In this document: positions 38,456 through 52,200 of the stretch, piece after piece
How the letters are laid out: every line of letters begins with the position of its first letter
How positions within the stretch are numbered: the first letter of the stretch is position 1
Assembly (NCBI GenBank): GCA_900617105.1
Contig: UYFQ01000773.1
Span: 1 to 54,603, forward strand
Direction of reading: 5' to 3'
Source of the DNA: Hydrurus foetidus
Lineage: Eukaryota
DNA length: 54,603 nt
Program-made: the position numbers and the translations under genes
Notes under the pieces: generated by a model
What the model saw: the letters and a program-made list of their open reading frames with translations, nothing else
Databases searched by the model: none
Told to the model about the DNA's origin: nothing

Positions 38456-40805
38456 TCAAACTAGCGTTGTCAAAGTGTTGCAGTTATCTCCAGTGTAGCC
38501 TAAGAAACATCCGCACAGACCTATGGGGATGAAAATAAAAATTCGGAAATTAGAATTTAAAATGTCGGGTTCATTGCGTATGCCATGAGGTGGGTAATGA
38601 AAAGAGCATTTGCTGTGTGATAAAGCAGAGAAATTAGACGCGATGTCGCCTGTATTGCATGTGGAGTTACGAGATGTGATGTATCAGTATAACGTGCAGG
38701 ACTGCACAATGAGGTGATTCTTAGCTCTGTTCTTCTGCCTTTCTCACATAACATAGATACACATTATTCATCTAATAAGTTTACATCACCAATGTTGTTG
38801 AACTCCACAAAATAATTGCGGAGACAACTATCACTCAACAACTCACAGCAACACTGTTGAATATCCAATCAACGAAACAAAGTCAATATACAGAATGCGA
38901 ATACAAAATACAAATAACGTGCGATATAACAAACTTCTAGCTGGGCAATAGAGTGTTAGCGTTTTCTATTTTGAAACTTCATTCAAAATTTCGCCCCATA
39001 TGTCAGAAATTTTTGGAGTCAAAAATAAAAGAAAGCGAAATCAAGAGCAATCTATGGATCACTACATTACATCACAGTAAATCATCACCTTTTGTGTAGT
39101 CGCATTTGCCTCTTCTACCACACTCGTAACTGTGGTCATCAGAGAGAACGACTTCAGTGGCGTTGGAGGAGGGGAAAAGATAACGGGTCTGCAGGGGGAG
39201 TCCGGTTATTTGTGGAGTGCAACCGGATAGACATTCAGATGCTACGTGATGAAAAGGAGAGAGAGGGGAGCAGAGAAATGAGAGGGAGAGTGGGGGAGGT
39301 GTGAGGGTTGGGGAGTTACAGATGTCGAGGAGAGGTGGATGTATTGATTTTGATAAAAAGAAAAGGAAATGAAAAGGAAAAGTAAAGGAGGATGCAGAGT
39401 AAGAGCGAGTAAGGGTTACGTCGAGAATTGTGGATATAACGAACAAGGTTGGGTTGCTATCTGGCTGTAACGTACAGTACGGCGGTAATCAGAGTTCTAC
39501 GCCTAGTCCACACGTACGTACGTAAGAGGAACGTAATGTGATGTATTTTGAAATAATTCGAAAAGAATATCATGTTATGCTAACGATATCACATTTCGGA
39601 TGTGAGAGTTTCAGTTCTACATGGTGCCTTGTTAATTATTACGCACTAACGGTAAATCTCATTTATGAAGCAATCATTAATTTTATTTTTATTGTTTATA
39701 AACTGAAACACATACGTACCTTGTACGACCAACAGGTGTTGTGGGCCTTGAACGGATGGCCCCGTAAATGTCACGAAAGCATTCACAATAGTGTGTAACG
39801 GTGTGTAAGGAGGGAATAAAGTGTTTCCGGTTGAAATGCTCCTATTGCAGTACACCTGCACACCGTCAATAACTCGGTTGGGCAGTTTAAGTAGTGCAAG
39901 CTCGATGTCGTTGGCTAGTTTAGACAAGTCCAAGGGGTTCATGACGATTGGTGTTGTCGTGAATGTTTCATTTAATTTCGATTTAAAGGTCAATGCGAAA
40001 GTCATCACTAGAGTGGCGTCATTGTTGTATTGATGACGGAAAGAAAGATCACCCAGTGCGAGATCGTCAGCTACGAAAGTCAATTCTTGAATTTGGTATT
40101 TCATTGACACGAGAAGGTCGTCTCTCGTATCCAGAACATCTGTTCCGAATGGGCACATTCTGGCAGAACAATCCACATCACCGTATAGAGCATCGCATAC
40201 GCATCCTCTAACTTTTCGATTGTCCCATTGGTTATAACTGAATGTCATCGCGTCTTCAGCGAAGTATTTGTTTGTGAAGTCGTTGTAAGTCGCGCCATAC
40301 GACATATCCTCGATAAACTCACTGCAATTAGTAGAAGAGTAAATAATTCAGTGTGAAAATTGTGATAGAAAGAAGATCATAGAGCATTGTTTATTTGGTG
40401 AGGCCGAAGCGTGACTAAACTTCGCCCAATTCAACTTGTCATCGCTCACCATGTTCCGTGTCCTGAGCAATCGTTAGGACAGGTAGATCTCTGGCAGCCC
40501 TTTCCTTCATAACCCTCAAAACATGTGCATTCGCCCGATGTGCGGTCACAGATTCCTCGTCCAGCGCACTCAGCATATTTATGGAAGACACCGTTGACAT
40601 CTGGTTTGTCAGCCCAAGCTAATTCGTAGGGGCAAACACGGTCAGAGCAGTCGCCACTATCGTGCGCGTACCCAACGCCATAATTATCATAGCAGGCGCA
40701 AATATCATCGGTCATGCAGTTTCCGTGACCGCTGCATTGATTGTCACATGAGGCATTTGTTGATGCAATAAAGATCGAGAGGACACAAAATAATTGGAAA
40801 AGCAT
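38456..40805 (-). CDS. Secreted EGF-like repeat protein of the stramenopile tubular mastigoneme (Sig/Ocm-like) family, 4 exons, 391 aa
   Basis: Exons 40805-40450, 40321-39720, 39241-39089 and 38520-38456 join in frame. Signal peptide [37 protein letters not shown]...[45 protein letters not shown], and terminal [23 protein letters not shown]. Confidence 0.85.
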
Positions 40806-41866
40806 TTTTTCTGAGCCTCCTTTCCGCACAAATTGTCGAGTTGACAATTGGATGCTCGGTTGATGATCTAGAATGAGTTGATGAGGTATGATTCAGTGAT
40901 AAATGCCGATTTCAGTCTTCAGTATTTCTCTCATTTGGCTTCTCCAACCAACATGAGTTTCTTTTCTGATTGGGTTGTTTCTGCTTTTTCCGTTGGATGG
41001 GATACTTTCCGATCATGTGAAACCGTTTTGCATTTCCGGATAGATCTGGAGATCCCCTTTGGGGGAATAGTTTTGTGGTCAAAAAGAGGAGAGAGGAGAG
41101 AGGAGACAGAAGAGAGGTGCCCAGTTCCATGTTGGAAATCTAACACAAATTAGTTCCTCTTCTTGGCTGTTTGTTCAAAATTATATGCTAACAGTTTAAC
41201 TCATTTTGACAACGCAAAAAGAGAAATTTCACTGATGCTGTTAGTTTGGATTAATTAGCACTGCTTCAATGCGATGCAAGGTAATTGGTTTGATTATCTA
41301 TCTTACTGCAGAGCATAAACGAGGCGATTGTTGCGAGCAAGTCGACCCGTCAAATATAAGACATGTTTGATTTTTGGACAGCTCACACTGTTGAAGGATT
41401 TCGATGAAAGTGTGGTCTACCTGTTGTGCGCTACGTTCAGCACATGACCCCAGAGACCACTGAACATGGATACAAATCGACCGTTGAAACTAGTGGGCGT
41501 ATAAGACAATGAATGTTCAGGAAATCGCATATCGTAGGATTTCAATGAGATCTGTTGCTGTCTACACATCATGTATGTATGCTTCGGTCTACCATCCACT
41601 GTACGTTGTACGTGCTCTCATGTAGCAGTAGCCATTAGCCATTGGCATTCGATGATACATTCCTGGAAGACTTTGAGGCACAAGTTAAGTCGCTACAATT
41701 GGCGTCAAATCATCAACTTTGAAGTAAATGGGGCTGAAGCTGCTTTAGATGCCATGCAATGTCTTTTTACTTAATGCCTAGGAGACTGTTAAGGATCGAT
41801 ATTGTCATAGCTCATCAGAAACTAAATCGCGAGTTGAGACAGTACGGCCAGACTTGCTACTCCAAA

Positions 41867-44800
41867 ATGAAGAGAATCATTCCGAACAAAAGTGCCATCG
41901 GCAATGATATTTTGGACCACTCCACTGACCCTGGTAATGAGGACGTTTTCAAAGAGAAAGCTTTAGATTCCTATGTGCCGACGCCGTTGTTTAGATCAGA
42001 CGACTACATAGTTATCGATAAGCCACACGGAGTCCGAATGAACGGAGATTTCGCAGGTATCACACTCATCAGTCACTGAGTATGATAATTATGCTGAAAA
42101 CTTACCATGACTTCGCTGTGTGGACAGGATTTGCGACCAACTTTGAAAGCATTGTTTACGCGCAATAATTTCCACTACAGATGATACCTTTTCTCCCACG
42201 GTCATCCTGTCTGTCGCACTGACTTCCTTCCCTTTACGTACGTTTTCTTATGATCAGTTACGGTGGAAAATCTGATATGGCATTGGTATCCTGAGTTGCA
42301 AAAAATTAATTTAAAAATAATTCATCAATTGGATTACGCCACATCAGGTGAGAGATAAGAAATCAAAATGCATCCCAACTGTCATCAGATTAAAATGAAA
42401 ATTCTTCTGCTGAATTAAATCGTACTCTGAAATGATTCTGCAATGATTCTGATACAGAATGTCATCATGTTCTCATCGAATTCTTTCGAATCTTCTTATG
42501 GATCTTCTGATAATATTCGAATTCTCGCTAATCTTTCGTTAGGAGCGTTGTGCATTGGTCTCAATAGGAAAGCAGCAGCTAATGCAAGTCTTGCATTTCA
42601 CGACAGAAAAACAAAGAAACAATATCTAGCTGTTGTACGAGGCCATCTTGACATCTCGAAATGGGCAATTAGAGATTCTGATTATTCCGACTCAGCTGAT
42701 TTAATAGGAGAAAATAGTGATTTTGAGAACGATATAAATGATGAGATGCTAACAAACAAAAGAGATGTCAAAGTAGTGAATTATACAAGTAATAATAAAG
42801 GGAATGTAGGTGGTATGGAAAGAGAAGGAGATGTAGAAGATAAGGAAGTGAAAGTTGCGAAATGGAAAAGAAAAAATGAGAAATCCGTAGATGCTAATAT
42901 TCCATCATGGCAAATAGAGGCAAAAGTAACTAATTTGAAATTACATTATAGTGCCTTATTTGTTCTACTAGAAAGCGAGAAAGCTAAATTGAATTTGTCA
43001 GAAATGCATGAATCTAGTGATGAGAGAAATGAGAAAAATGAGAAAAATGTTATTTCTGATGATATTCAAGATATTAAAAATGATTTTGTAAAAAACAGCA
43101 GTGAAATAAGAAATTCTGATGAGAATTGTGTAGCAGAAGAAATAAATGGAATAGTTAACAATACTGATGTGACAGAAGATGACAATACTACACAAAATAA
43201 AGAAACCCTAAATAATGATGATAAATTATCTAGTCGAAAATATCGTCGCAACAAAAGAAACGATAGAATAAATTTGAATCAATTAAATGACGTCAGTAAT
43301 AATTCCGAAATTGCACCATATCGATTTGTCCATCCTCCACTATATGAACAACTTCTCAACTTGTCAAAATACTCATTTGATGATTTTGAAAAAGGACCAA
43401 AAATACGAAAACTATTAAGAAAGGCACTAAAGGTACGAAACGATTTTATAAATGACGTATCGTTTTTATGCTGTATCTCTCATAACGAATTTCAGCAGAG
43501 GTTTTTTCTGTTTTGTGTGATTATTTTATATAGTAAAGTGATTTCATTTTTAGTACAACAAATAAATGACACTTAAACTACTTCCTCATTTTAGAAAAAC
43601 GGTTTTAATATTATTTTTGTTTAATGCTGACCTTTCACGTTCTTTGCGTAACAAAAAAGAACTTTATTAATTATTAATACACTAAAAAATATATGCATAT
43701 TATTCTAAAATGAAATTTGAAAATTCTTGCATGCCATACTTAACAATTAATTACATTCTACCTCAACTTCAACTTCAACTTCATCAAATGATATATCTTT
43801 ATATAACTATAGGAGGGCGGGATGCTACCTGAAGACTCGACCAACAATTCAGCCCACACTTCATATCCCACCATAATGGCAGGTAATTAAATCTTTTCTA
43901 TTATCACAACAAATCTATTTTATTGACCACATTATGTAATTTAGTTGTGCCCTTTCATGTGTCTAATTTTTGGTGCATCACTTAATCGGGAACACTGTTT
44001 TTTTACACTTGAAAATAGCCGCTGAGATCAACATTTATTGTTTGATAATCGTTAAATAAGCTTTAAGATTACCCCTAATACTGCCATTTTGTTGTGACTT
44101 CGACATTAATAACTACCCATTTAGCGCTCCAGATTATCTACTTCTCTTAAGTGAGATTTCAAAGATTTTTTATTTCTATTCCTATTCGTATTCCTATTAC
44201 CCTAAATACTATTTCTCGACTTAAAACACAGTTATTGACGAAAATAAAAGAATTGAACAGAACACAAAATATGAGAATACGGATTACGAATTAAGTACCG
44301 TATACGATCCTTCTATTTTCACCGATAAAATATTCCGTGTAAAATCATCGGAAGTAAAAAGCAAAGAAAAACCTTTTGACACTTTAGAAATGAGTACTGA
44401 AAGTCCGTTTTCTGATGCTAAAAAAGAAGGAATAAATATGAAAAATGATAAAAGAAAAGATGAAAATGAATGTAATGAAGAATTATGTTCATCCTTATAT
44501 CCGACAATCACCAGTGAGCATCTCCGGATAAAAATACCGATAGCAGTGGTTGATGGGGATTTCAGAATGGAGCCGGGAAATGAGAAGAACAAAGGAAGAA
44601 AAAGCGAAACCGATCTTCAAGTACTTCAGTACGGTACCTATCAAGTAAGTGCGTACGTACGTGCATCGTGTTCATGTTCGTGATACTATACATTTCACTG
44701 CTGTCCTCATCTAAACCAATTTGTAACTTCTTGACAATCTTTCTATTACTCTTGAATACATTTTATTTTATTTCCTTTATTTTTTAAACTGAAATCTGCA

Positions 44801-45782
44801 CTACACTCCATCTGAGCATCTCTTTTTCTCTCATTTAAATTTCACCTGTAGGGATTACCAGTGACTAAAGTTCTTTTGAAACCTCTCACTGGTAGGAGAC
44901 ATCAGTTGAGAGTGCACTGTCTGTGTCTAGGCTATCCCATAGGTAACATACGATTTGTGATCTGTGCATTGTATGTGTTATCTAGTTAGATGTGATATTT
45001 TGTACGTATTATCCAATAACTGGTATATTGTATATGATATTTGATAATAATGATATACTGAAAGTATTGTTTAATAAAAAAATACAAATTTGAATAAAAA
45101 ATCGATGAAATAAAACTTTTCTTTACAGTGGGAGATTATACGTACGGACCGGATAAATCTGTTGAACGTACGTGCGGCAGAATGATGCTCCACGCACAAA
45201 AACTGATGTAAGTCAAATATTTAATTTACGTTATTATAAGTGATATTAATCAATTGTAGATATGTAAATGAAAGTGACGTAAGTTAGATACATATATATC
45301 AGTCAAATTAATTACATATATAATCGGTATTAGCCAAATGTAGATGTGTAGTGACTTCTATAACTTGATACGAAATCACTCTATTTGATGCTAACCTTTG
45401 TTTTTAGATGCTTAAATTTAGATATTTGATGCTACTCCTTTTTACTAGGATCCCAGCTCCAGAAATTGTTGAAAGGAAAATAATTGGAAAAAGACAAAAG
45501 AAGCATAGTGGACCTGAAATATTCAATAATTCAATTTCCGCCAATATAAGTCCTATTATCGATGATTTATCTCTTGGCGCGACAAATAATCCTGGCGTTG
45601 TTGTTGATGCAAAAACAGATGTCATGGAAATCGAAATAAAGAGGGGAAATCATTTGGATGTAAATGATACTGTTGTATGTACTGAAAACGAAGACATTAA
45701 AAATAATATGGAATATTTAGTTAATGTTTCTACCCCTGATCCATTTCTTTTTGAAAACAACGTTTTGATTGTTAATGATTGA
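41867..45782 (+). CDS. RPUSD1: RluA-family pseudouridine synthase, RPUSD1-like, 8 exons, with large insertion
   Basis: Motifs [10 protein letters not shown], catalytic [42 protein letters not shown] and RMMLHA. GT-AG exons are in phase. Start codon (41867 or 41774) uncertain. Confidence 0.88.
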
Positions 45783-46283
45783 GTATTCTAATGAATGGAA
45801 TCATGGGCGAATTGTTGTGCATGATTTTATTAATCTTATATTGAACATTTTCATGCCATCGCTGTTCAAAGAAGTTCCTTCCGGTTGCTACTAACAGTGA
45901 ATTTTGTCTTGATTTCAAAGAAGTTTATCTCATATTATCCAGTTGCTGTGCTCGAGGGCTGTTCAGAATTAAGAATTAAGATTTGAAAAGTCTGTAGTAC
46001 TTCGTACTTCAGCACGCCACGTACGTACTTATGAGAGGGTTGGATCTATCCGGTTTATCTTTTGTCGAGGAAAGTCATGATAACTTTTGCATCACAATTC
46101 TTACTACGTATTCGCTGAATTTACATCTCAGGTGCAATAAGAAAGCCTTTTAAGAGCATTTCAATTTCACAAGGATGTCGAGAAGAAGTTGTTACGTGTC
46201 TGCCTCAATTTTGATGGATTAATTGTTGAATTTACCCGCTGGAAGGGTACCTTGAAGTAGAAAACAATTCAAGTGATAGAGCT

Positions 46284-49200
46284 ATGTCGCAACTGATGAT
46301 GCGCGCCCACTCTTGTTTGAGATTGAGAAAATTGACGTTGAACAAGAATGCATCTGCATCAATCGTAAATCGTGCCGTCCGTAACAGTTCTACAAGGAGT
46401 CAATTATCGTCAGACGATCAAGCTGCTGCTGCTGCCAGTGGCAATGAACAATCAGCGAACGTTATTTTGATGAAGATACTGCACATGATAAGATCCTTTC
46501 GTAATAGAGGTCATTTCTGCTGTCAAATCCTGTGTAATGAGCCAATTCCTATCACAATCAGTATCGACATTGCAATTCATATGATTGAATCTCCGTTACT
46601 GACATATTCTACTTGGCGGTTTCTTCCTAGGCCATTTCGCAGCATCATTAGATCCTCTTGCTGTGGTTTCTAGGAATAGGAAATTCAAAGTTCTGACAGG
46701 TGAGAGATGTTCTGCATTCTTATCAGTGGAAGATCATGAATGTCAACAAATCTGCCAACTTCAACTTGGGTTGTGCTATTCTAATGCTCAATCTGTTTAT
46801 CAAACAATCCTAACAAAACGTTACGAAAGAAATGCATTCAATGGTGATAAAAAATTCAGTCCTCATGTTGAATCTTGTTCTTTGTTTAGTTCTACCTGAA
46901 TATTTTGTGATCAAACTATTGCGTAGTCCACATAAAAAATAAAAACAAAAAACAAATCTACATCTCTATAAACTAAGAAAACAATCCACTATGTAAACTT
47001 ACTAAATTATTCTCACAATAAATTATTCCTATCTCTATTGAAGTCGAGCAAACGCCATGCAGAACATCTGGATATATTCAGAACACTCCTATCTACAGCA
47101 CTAATGCACCTGCAAGCAATGCGAAGCATTTGCAAGACCTAAAAAACGAAAATACAAAATACATAAATGAAGTGTCATCTAGTACAACAGGTGAAAAAAT
47201 GGAACAAGTTCTAGAATCAGAGGGTCCGAGTCCCTCTGGATCTGCCTGTATTAACCGGTTGTCTTCTTGGCTGCCAGAAAATGAAAGTCACCATCCAGGT
47301 TTGAATATGTACTAAATTTTGATGCAATTTCTTTATTTTTGGTCCACTTTTCATTTCACTCTTATGTTATGCTGTTACCATCAGATTGATATAGCTTCAA
47401 TTTCGTAGAATTTGTTGCGATTCAAGGAAATTTTTCTTTGAATCCTATTTCCATCAGATTTCATGATGTTGAAGTACCTGTTGATTCTTTTTAAAAGTGA
47501 TGTACGTGTTTTAGATTGTGTCACGTTCGTATCTCTTATGAAATTAATTATTAATTTGTGATGCTGCTTCGTGTTCTGTATGGTGTGCATTTTGTTGTTG
47601 TAGTAGTGTGATGCGATTTGTTGTACGGTATGGTATGGTGTGATATGGTATGGTATGGTGTTGCATTGTATTGTGTTGTATTGTGTTGTGTTGTATTGTA
47701 TTGTATTGTACTGTATTGTATTGTGGTGTGTTGTGTAATTTTGTGTTGTTTGGTGTTGTGTTGTCTTACACGGTGATGTGTGGTATGAGATCTGGGGTGG
47801 TACTCTTTGCATTTAAATTCAAATATTCGACAGAATGTGTGACAGCGCATCTTAGTATGTGCTTAATTGTTGATTGGTACAATAGTCTGTAAGACAAAAT
47901 AATTTTTTTCTGTAATCTTTAACTTTAAATACGTAAAACCAATTTTATCGCAGATGTGGTCAGAATGTTGAAAAATTATCCAGTTCTTGACTTATCTGTA
48001 TTCGGCCTCGAAGATGTACGCATGGATGAGAAATATGAAATCGGTGATGAACTGAGCCAGACAATAAATGGTAGGATCATACGGAGTATAGAAAATTAAG
48101 CGTATTTTTATGATGTTTGGCTCTTTTCTATTTTATTTTATTTTCGTGACGACTCATACTTACATACCAAAAATTTGTTTGGACACTTTAATTTGCTAAT
48201 TTTCTATTCTATCAAATTTCTTCATTCGTGGATTGATTTGTCTCAAATTTGTTTAAGTTTTCATATCATCTTTTTATCTCTTTATCTATCTTCCATTAAC
48301 TTGAACTTAGAATTCAACAATGATTATCTTATGTTTTCCTAGGTGCTAGTTCTTGGACTATATCTGAACTCGTGAACGCTTTAATAGAAATATACTGCGG
48401 TAATGTTGGAGCGGAATATCTACACATTGAAAATGAGTTACAGAGAAATTGGCTTAAGAATAAAATAGAAGGTGCAATTTACTTCATATTGCTGTAGAGA
48501 TATTATCCGCATACACTATGATGTACCAATCTATTCACTTAATTGCATTTATCATGGCGACTTTGAAAAGTCATTTTTATCCTTTCCAGCAGGACTCCGC
48601 ACACACCCACCTTTCATATCCTAACTTCATGTCCCTACACTATACAATTATTTTCTCTCTCACACATACACACACACACTCGCCCTAACCAGACCACACA
48701 CCTAACACTCATCCCCCACCCCTACACACCGGCACTCTCACACGTACATTCCCCCATACAAAACACTCACCTTAAGCACACCACCACACATCCACACAAA
48801 TCTTCTGACGCACTCTCTCTAATACACACGTACACGTACAAACGTACTTACACCCTCAGGCGAGTATGGTGCATCCGGTTGGTCTCAGTCATGCAAGAAA
48901 GAACAAATAGCGCAGTACAGAACATTGCTCTCCAGTGACTACACAGCAAGGTTCTTGAACTATAAATTCCAGAATGCAAAAGTCTTCGGTATAGAGGGAT
49001 GCGATTCTCTGATGCCAGGTAAAAGGAGTGTGAAGATGAAAGAGGGGTAGAGAGGGAAGGGATAAAATGATGATGAAGAAAGGAAGTGGGAGAGATAGCA
49101 ATTTATCTTAATTTATCATTCACTACTTTCGTTACTTTTATTAATTCATTCGCTTTTTCACTCAATAATTTGTCTACTGTTTATTTAACCTACATATCTC

Positions 49201-52200
49201 GATCTTCTCATCAACCGTACACTATGTTCTATTCTCTTGCACTCTAATTCTATTTAATCAGGATTAATGAGCACTGTGAAAGTTGCTTCAGCCCTTGGAG
49301 TGGAAGGAATTGAGATGGGAATGGCACATAGGGGAAGAATGAATATCCTGCATAATTTCTTTCAAAAACCATTAAAAAGTATTATTAGTATGTTCTCTGA
49401 AGCGGAGCCAAGTGAATTGGGCGACGTGAAATATCATCTAGGTTGGTACCATATGTTGTGATGGTCAATATGTGACTTAAAGATTGGAATTGGACATTTT
49501 TACAGATTATATAAACACTTATATGCGTATGTGTATGTATGTAGCACACACGCACACCTTTGCTTCCCCTCTTCCTTTCCCTTCCTCTTTTTCCCTCCTT
49601 TTCCTTTCCCTTCCCTCTTTCCTTTTCTTTCTCTCCTTCCTCCTCTTTCCCTCCCTCTACGCCTTTGATATCCAATCTTCCTCCCTTCCATGTCACTCAC
49701 CCCACTCCACCTATCATCTCCCAACAACACACACACACACACACACACACACAACAGGTACAAGAGCGGAGCTATCCATACTCGGCACAGACGGAGTACA
49801 ACGCACTATGCACCTTTCTCTTGCCGCTAATCCATCTCATCTTGAAGCTGTCTATCCAGTCGTGATTGGAAAAACCAAAGCAAAGCAGTTCTTTATAAAT
49901 GATTTTGAGAGGTATAAATACGAAGAAAATACTTATATTTCGTATTCGCACATTTACATTATTTAACATCTTTTCGGCATCGTACGTTTTGCCTTCGTAC
50001 AGTTTTTGACACTTATTTCCATTGTATAACTTCGGTGGCTCTTTAATTCCAATCTTTGCATTAATAAATGCGTTTTTTTCTAACAGGCGCAAAGTTATGC
50101 CGATAGTTTTGCACGGGGATGCTGCTTTTTCCGGCCAAGGAATCGTGCCGGAAGTTATGGAGGTGAGTAGTGTATTGAAGGGAGAAAGGGAGTAAGGAAG
50201 AAAGGGAAGAAGGGAAGGGAAGGGAAGGGAAGGGAAGGGAAGGGAAGGAAACGAAAGGGAAGGAAGGGAAGGGAAGGGGAGGAAAGGGGAGGGAAGGAGA
50301 AAGTCATAGAGGTGTATGCTGTGTTTTTGTATGTGATGAGGAGGTGCGCAAAAGTGTGGTGATGCGAGAAGGGCAAGGGTAAGAGAGAGGGAGGAATGGA
50401 ACCTGTCCGTTTGATAGATATTGTAGGAGAGAGGAGGAGGGTGGAGAGGAGAGAGCTCTGACTTCTTCCCTCTGGACAACAGTGGATAAGGGAGCATGAA
50501 AGGCAATGCGTAAGATTGTCACAAAGAGAAAAGTGAGGGCTAGTGAGGGCATGGTATGACACGATATTATTGGATTATATCATCTTTCTTCTATGAAGCT
50601 ACTCTTCTTCCGCACACATGGAATCCAATCCATTATAACACCTGCTCTCCCCTTATCACATCCCCACTCCTTCTACTCAGCTATCCGATCTGCCTGACTA
50701 CACTGTGGGGGGATGCATCCACATCGTACTGAACAATCAAATCGGCTTCACCACTGATCCACGCTTGGCTCGGTCTTCATATCACTGCACCAACGTTGCG
50801 AAAGGTGATTGATAAATACTCCACTGATTTCTTATATTATGTTTTTTTTATATATGTTATGTTCGTTCGTTTTTATTCTTTTGTTGTAATCAATATGATG
50901 TGGATGCTATCAATGCTCCTGACGAGTTTATTAGTGCGCATGTCCTGTTGACCTGCTTCTTACATCATCCAACATATAATATGATATCACATGATACGAT
51001 ACAATAAAAGGTGTCGGGGCGCCTATTTTTCATGTTAATGGGGATGACGTGGACGCCGTGTCTGCCGTGTGTCGCTTGGCCGTAGAGTGGCGTCAGGAGT
51101 TCAGGAGGGACTGTGTCGTGGACATTGTGTGCTACAGAAGGTACGTACGTGTCTTCGTGTTGCTGTGTGAGAATGACTTTCCGTGGAAATTTGTGTAATT
51201 GTGTGTATGTATGTATGTACGTACGCACGTGAGGACATTATGATGTCGTCTTGGGATTTGTCACGTGACGAAATTGTTGTGCATTGAGAATGAATATTTT
51301 TTTGTGTCTTAGTTGACTACTAACTATCAAATATCAAATATACTGAATGACCATCAAATTCCTAACAGACACGGACACAATAGTCAAGACGACCCTTCCA
51401 TCACCCAGCCCCTGATCTACGACTCTATCAAGAACCATCCCGCTACACTGGAGATATATCAGGTGACTGAAAGAAAAGAGAATACTTTCGTACTATTTAT
51501 ACTGTTTAATTACTCTACATTTGAGATGTTGTAAAAGGTTGTTTGGTAGTGGGATATTTGTTTGACGTATTTGTAGGCGATTATGGATTTGATTCATTGC
51601 ATCCTATGCTATGATACGCAATTCTAAATGTGATTTGTATACAGTCTTATGTCTTAGAGCCGGAGAACGTATTGTGCCTCCACCTGCATTCATATCGTAC
51701 GATAATTCAATGTTTATTCAGAACTCTAATATGGCTTTCTTCTCATCTCAATTATCGTTTTCGTTGCTGTCAATTCCGATCTCTGTCTTCCTCACCTCAC
51801 ACTTTCAACTGACACCTTTCGCTCTTCTTGTTCCGATACTCCCCTAACTCCATCTCTACCTCTTTCCCTACCTTTCAGAATCAGTTAATATCTCAAGGCA
51901 CTATGACATTGCAGCAGTGCGAGGTGAGTCATCCTTATTCCAAATGTCCATGTCTATTGTCTCATTATACTATTGGTTTTCCTCCTCCACTATCCTCCTC
52001 ATACTCACTATTCCACTCACTCACTCACTCATGCACTCACTCACTCACTCACTCCACTCCTCCTCACTCCACTCCTCCTCCTCCTCACTCCTCCTCCTCA
52101 CTCCTCACTCCTCCCTTACTCACTCACTCACTCCTCCTCCTCCTTACTCACTCATCCTTACTCACTCCTTATCACTCACTTACTTACTCACTCGCTCACT

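Noticed and set aside
40861..40970. Box C/D snoRNA (TGATGA...CTGA)
   Set aside because: No terminal stem or recognisable rRNA guide; such motifs are frequent by chance.
41509..41907. Spliced upstream ORF before RPUSD1, and intron-like 46021-46131 before the OGDH-like gene
   Set aside because: Probably 5'-UTR introns. The joined frame stops out of frame with RPUSD1 and cannot be supported without RNA data.
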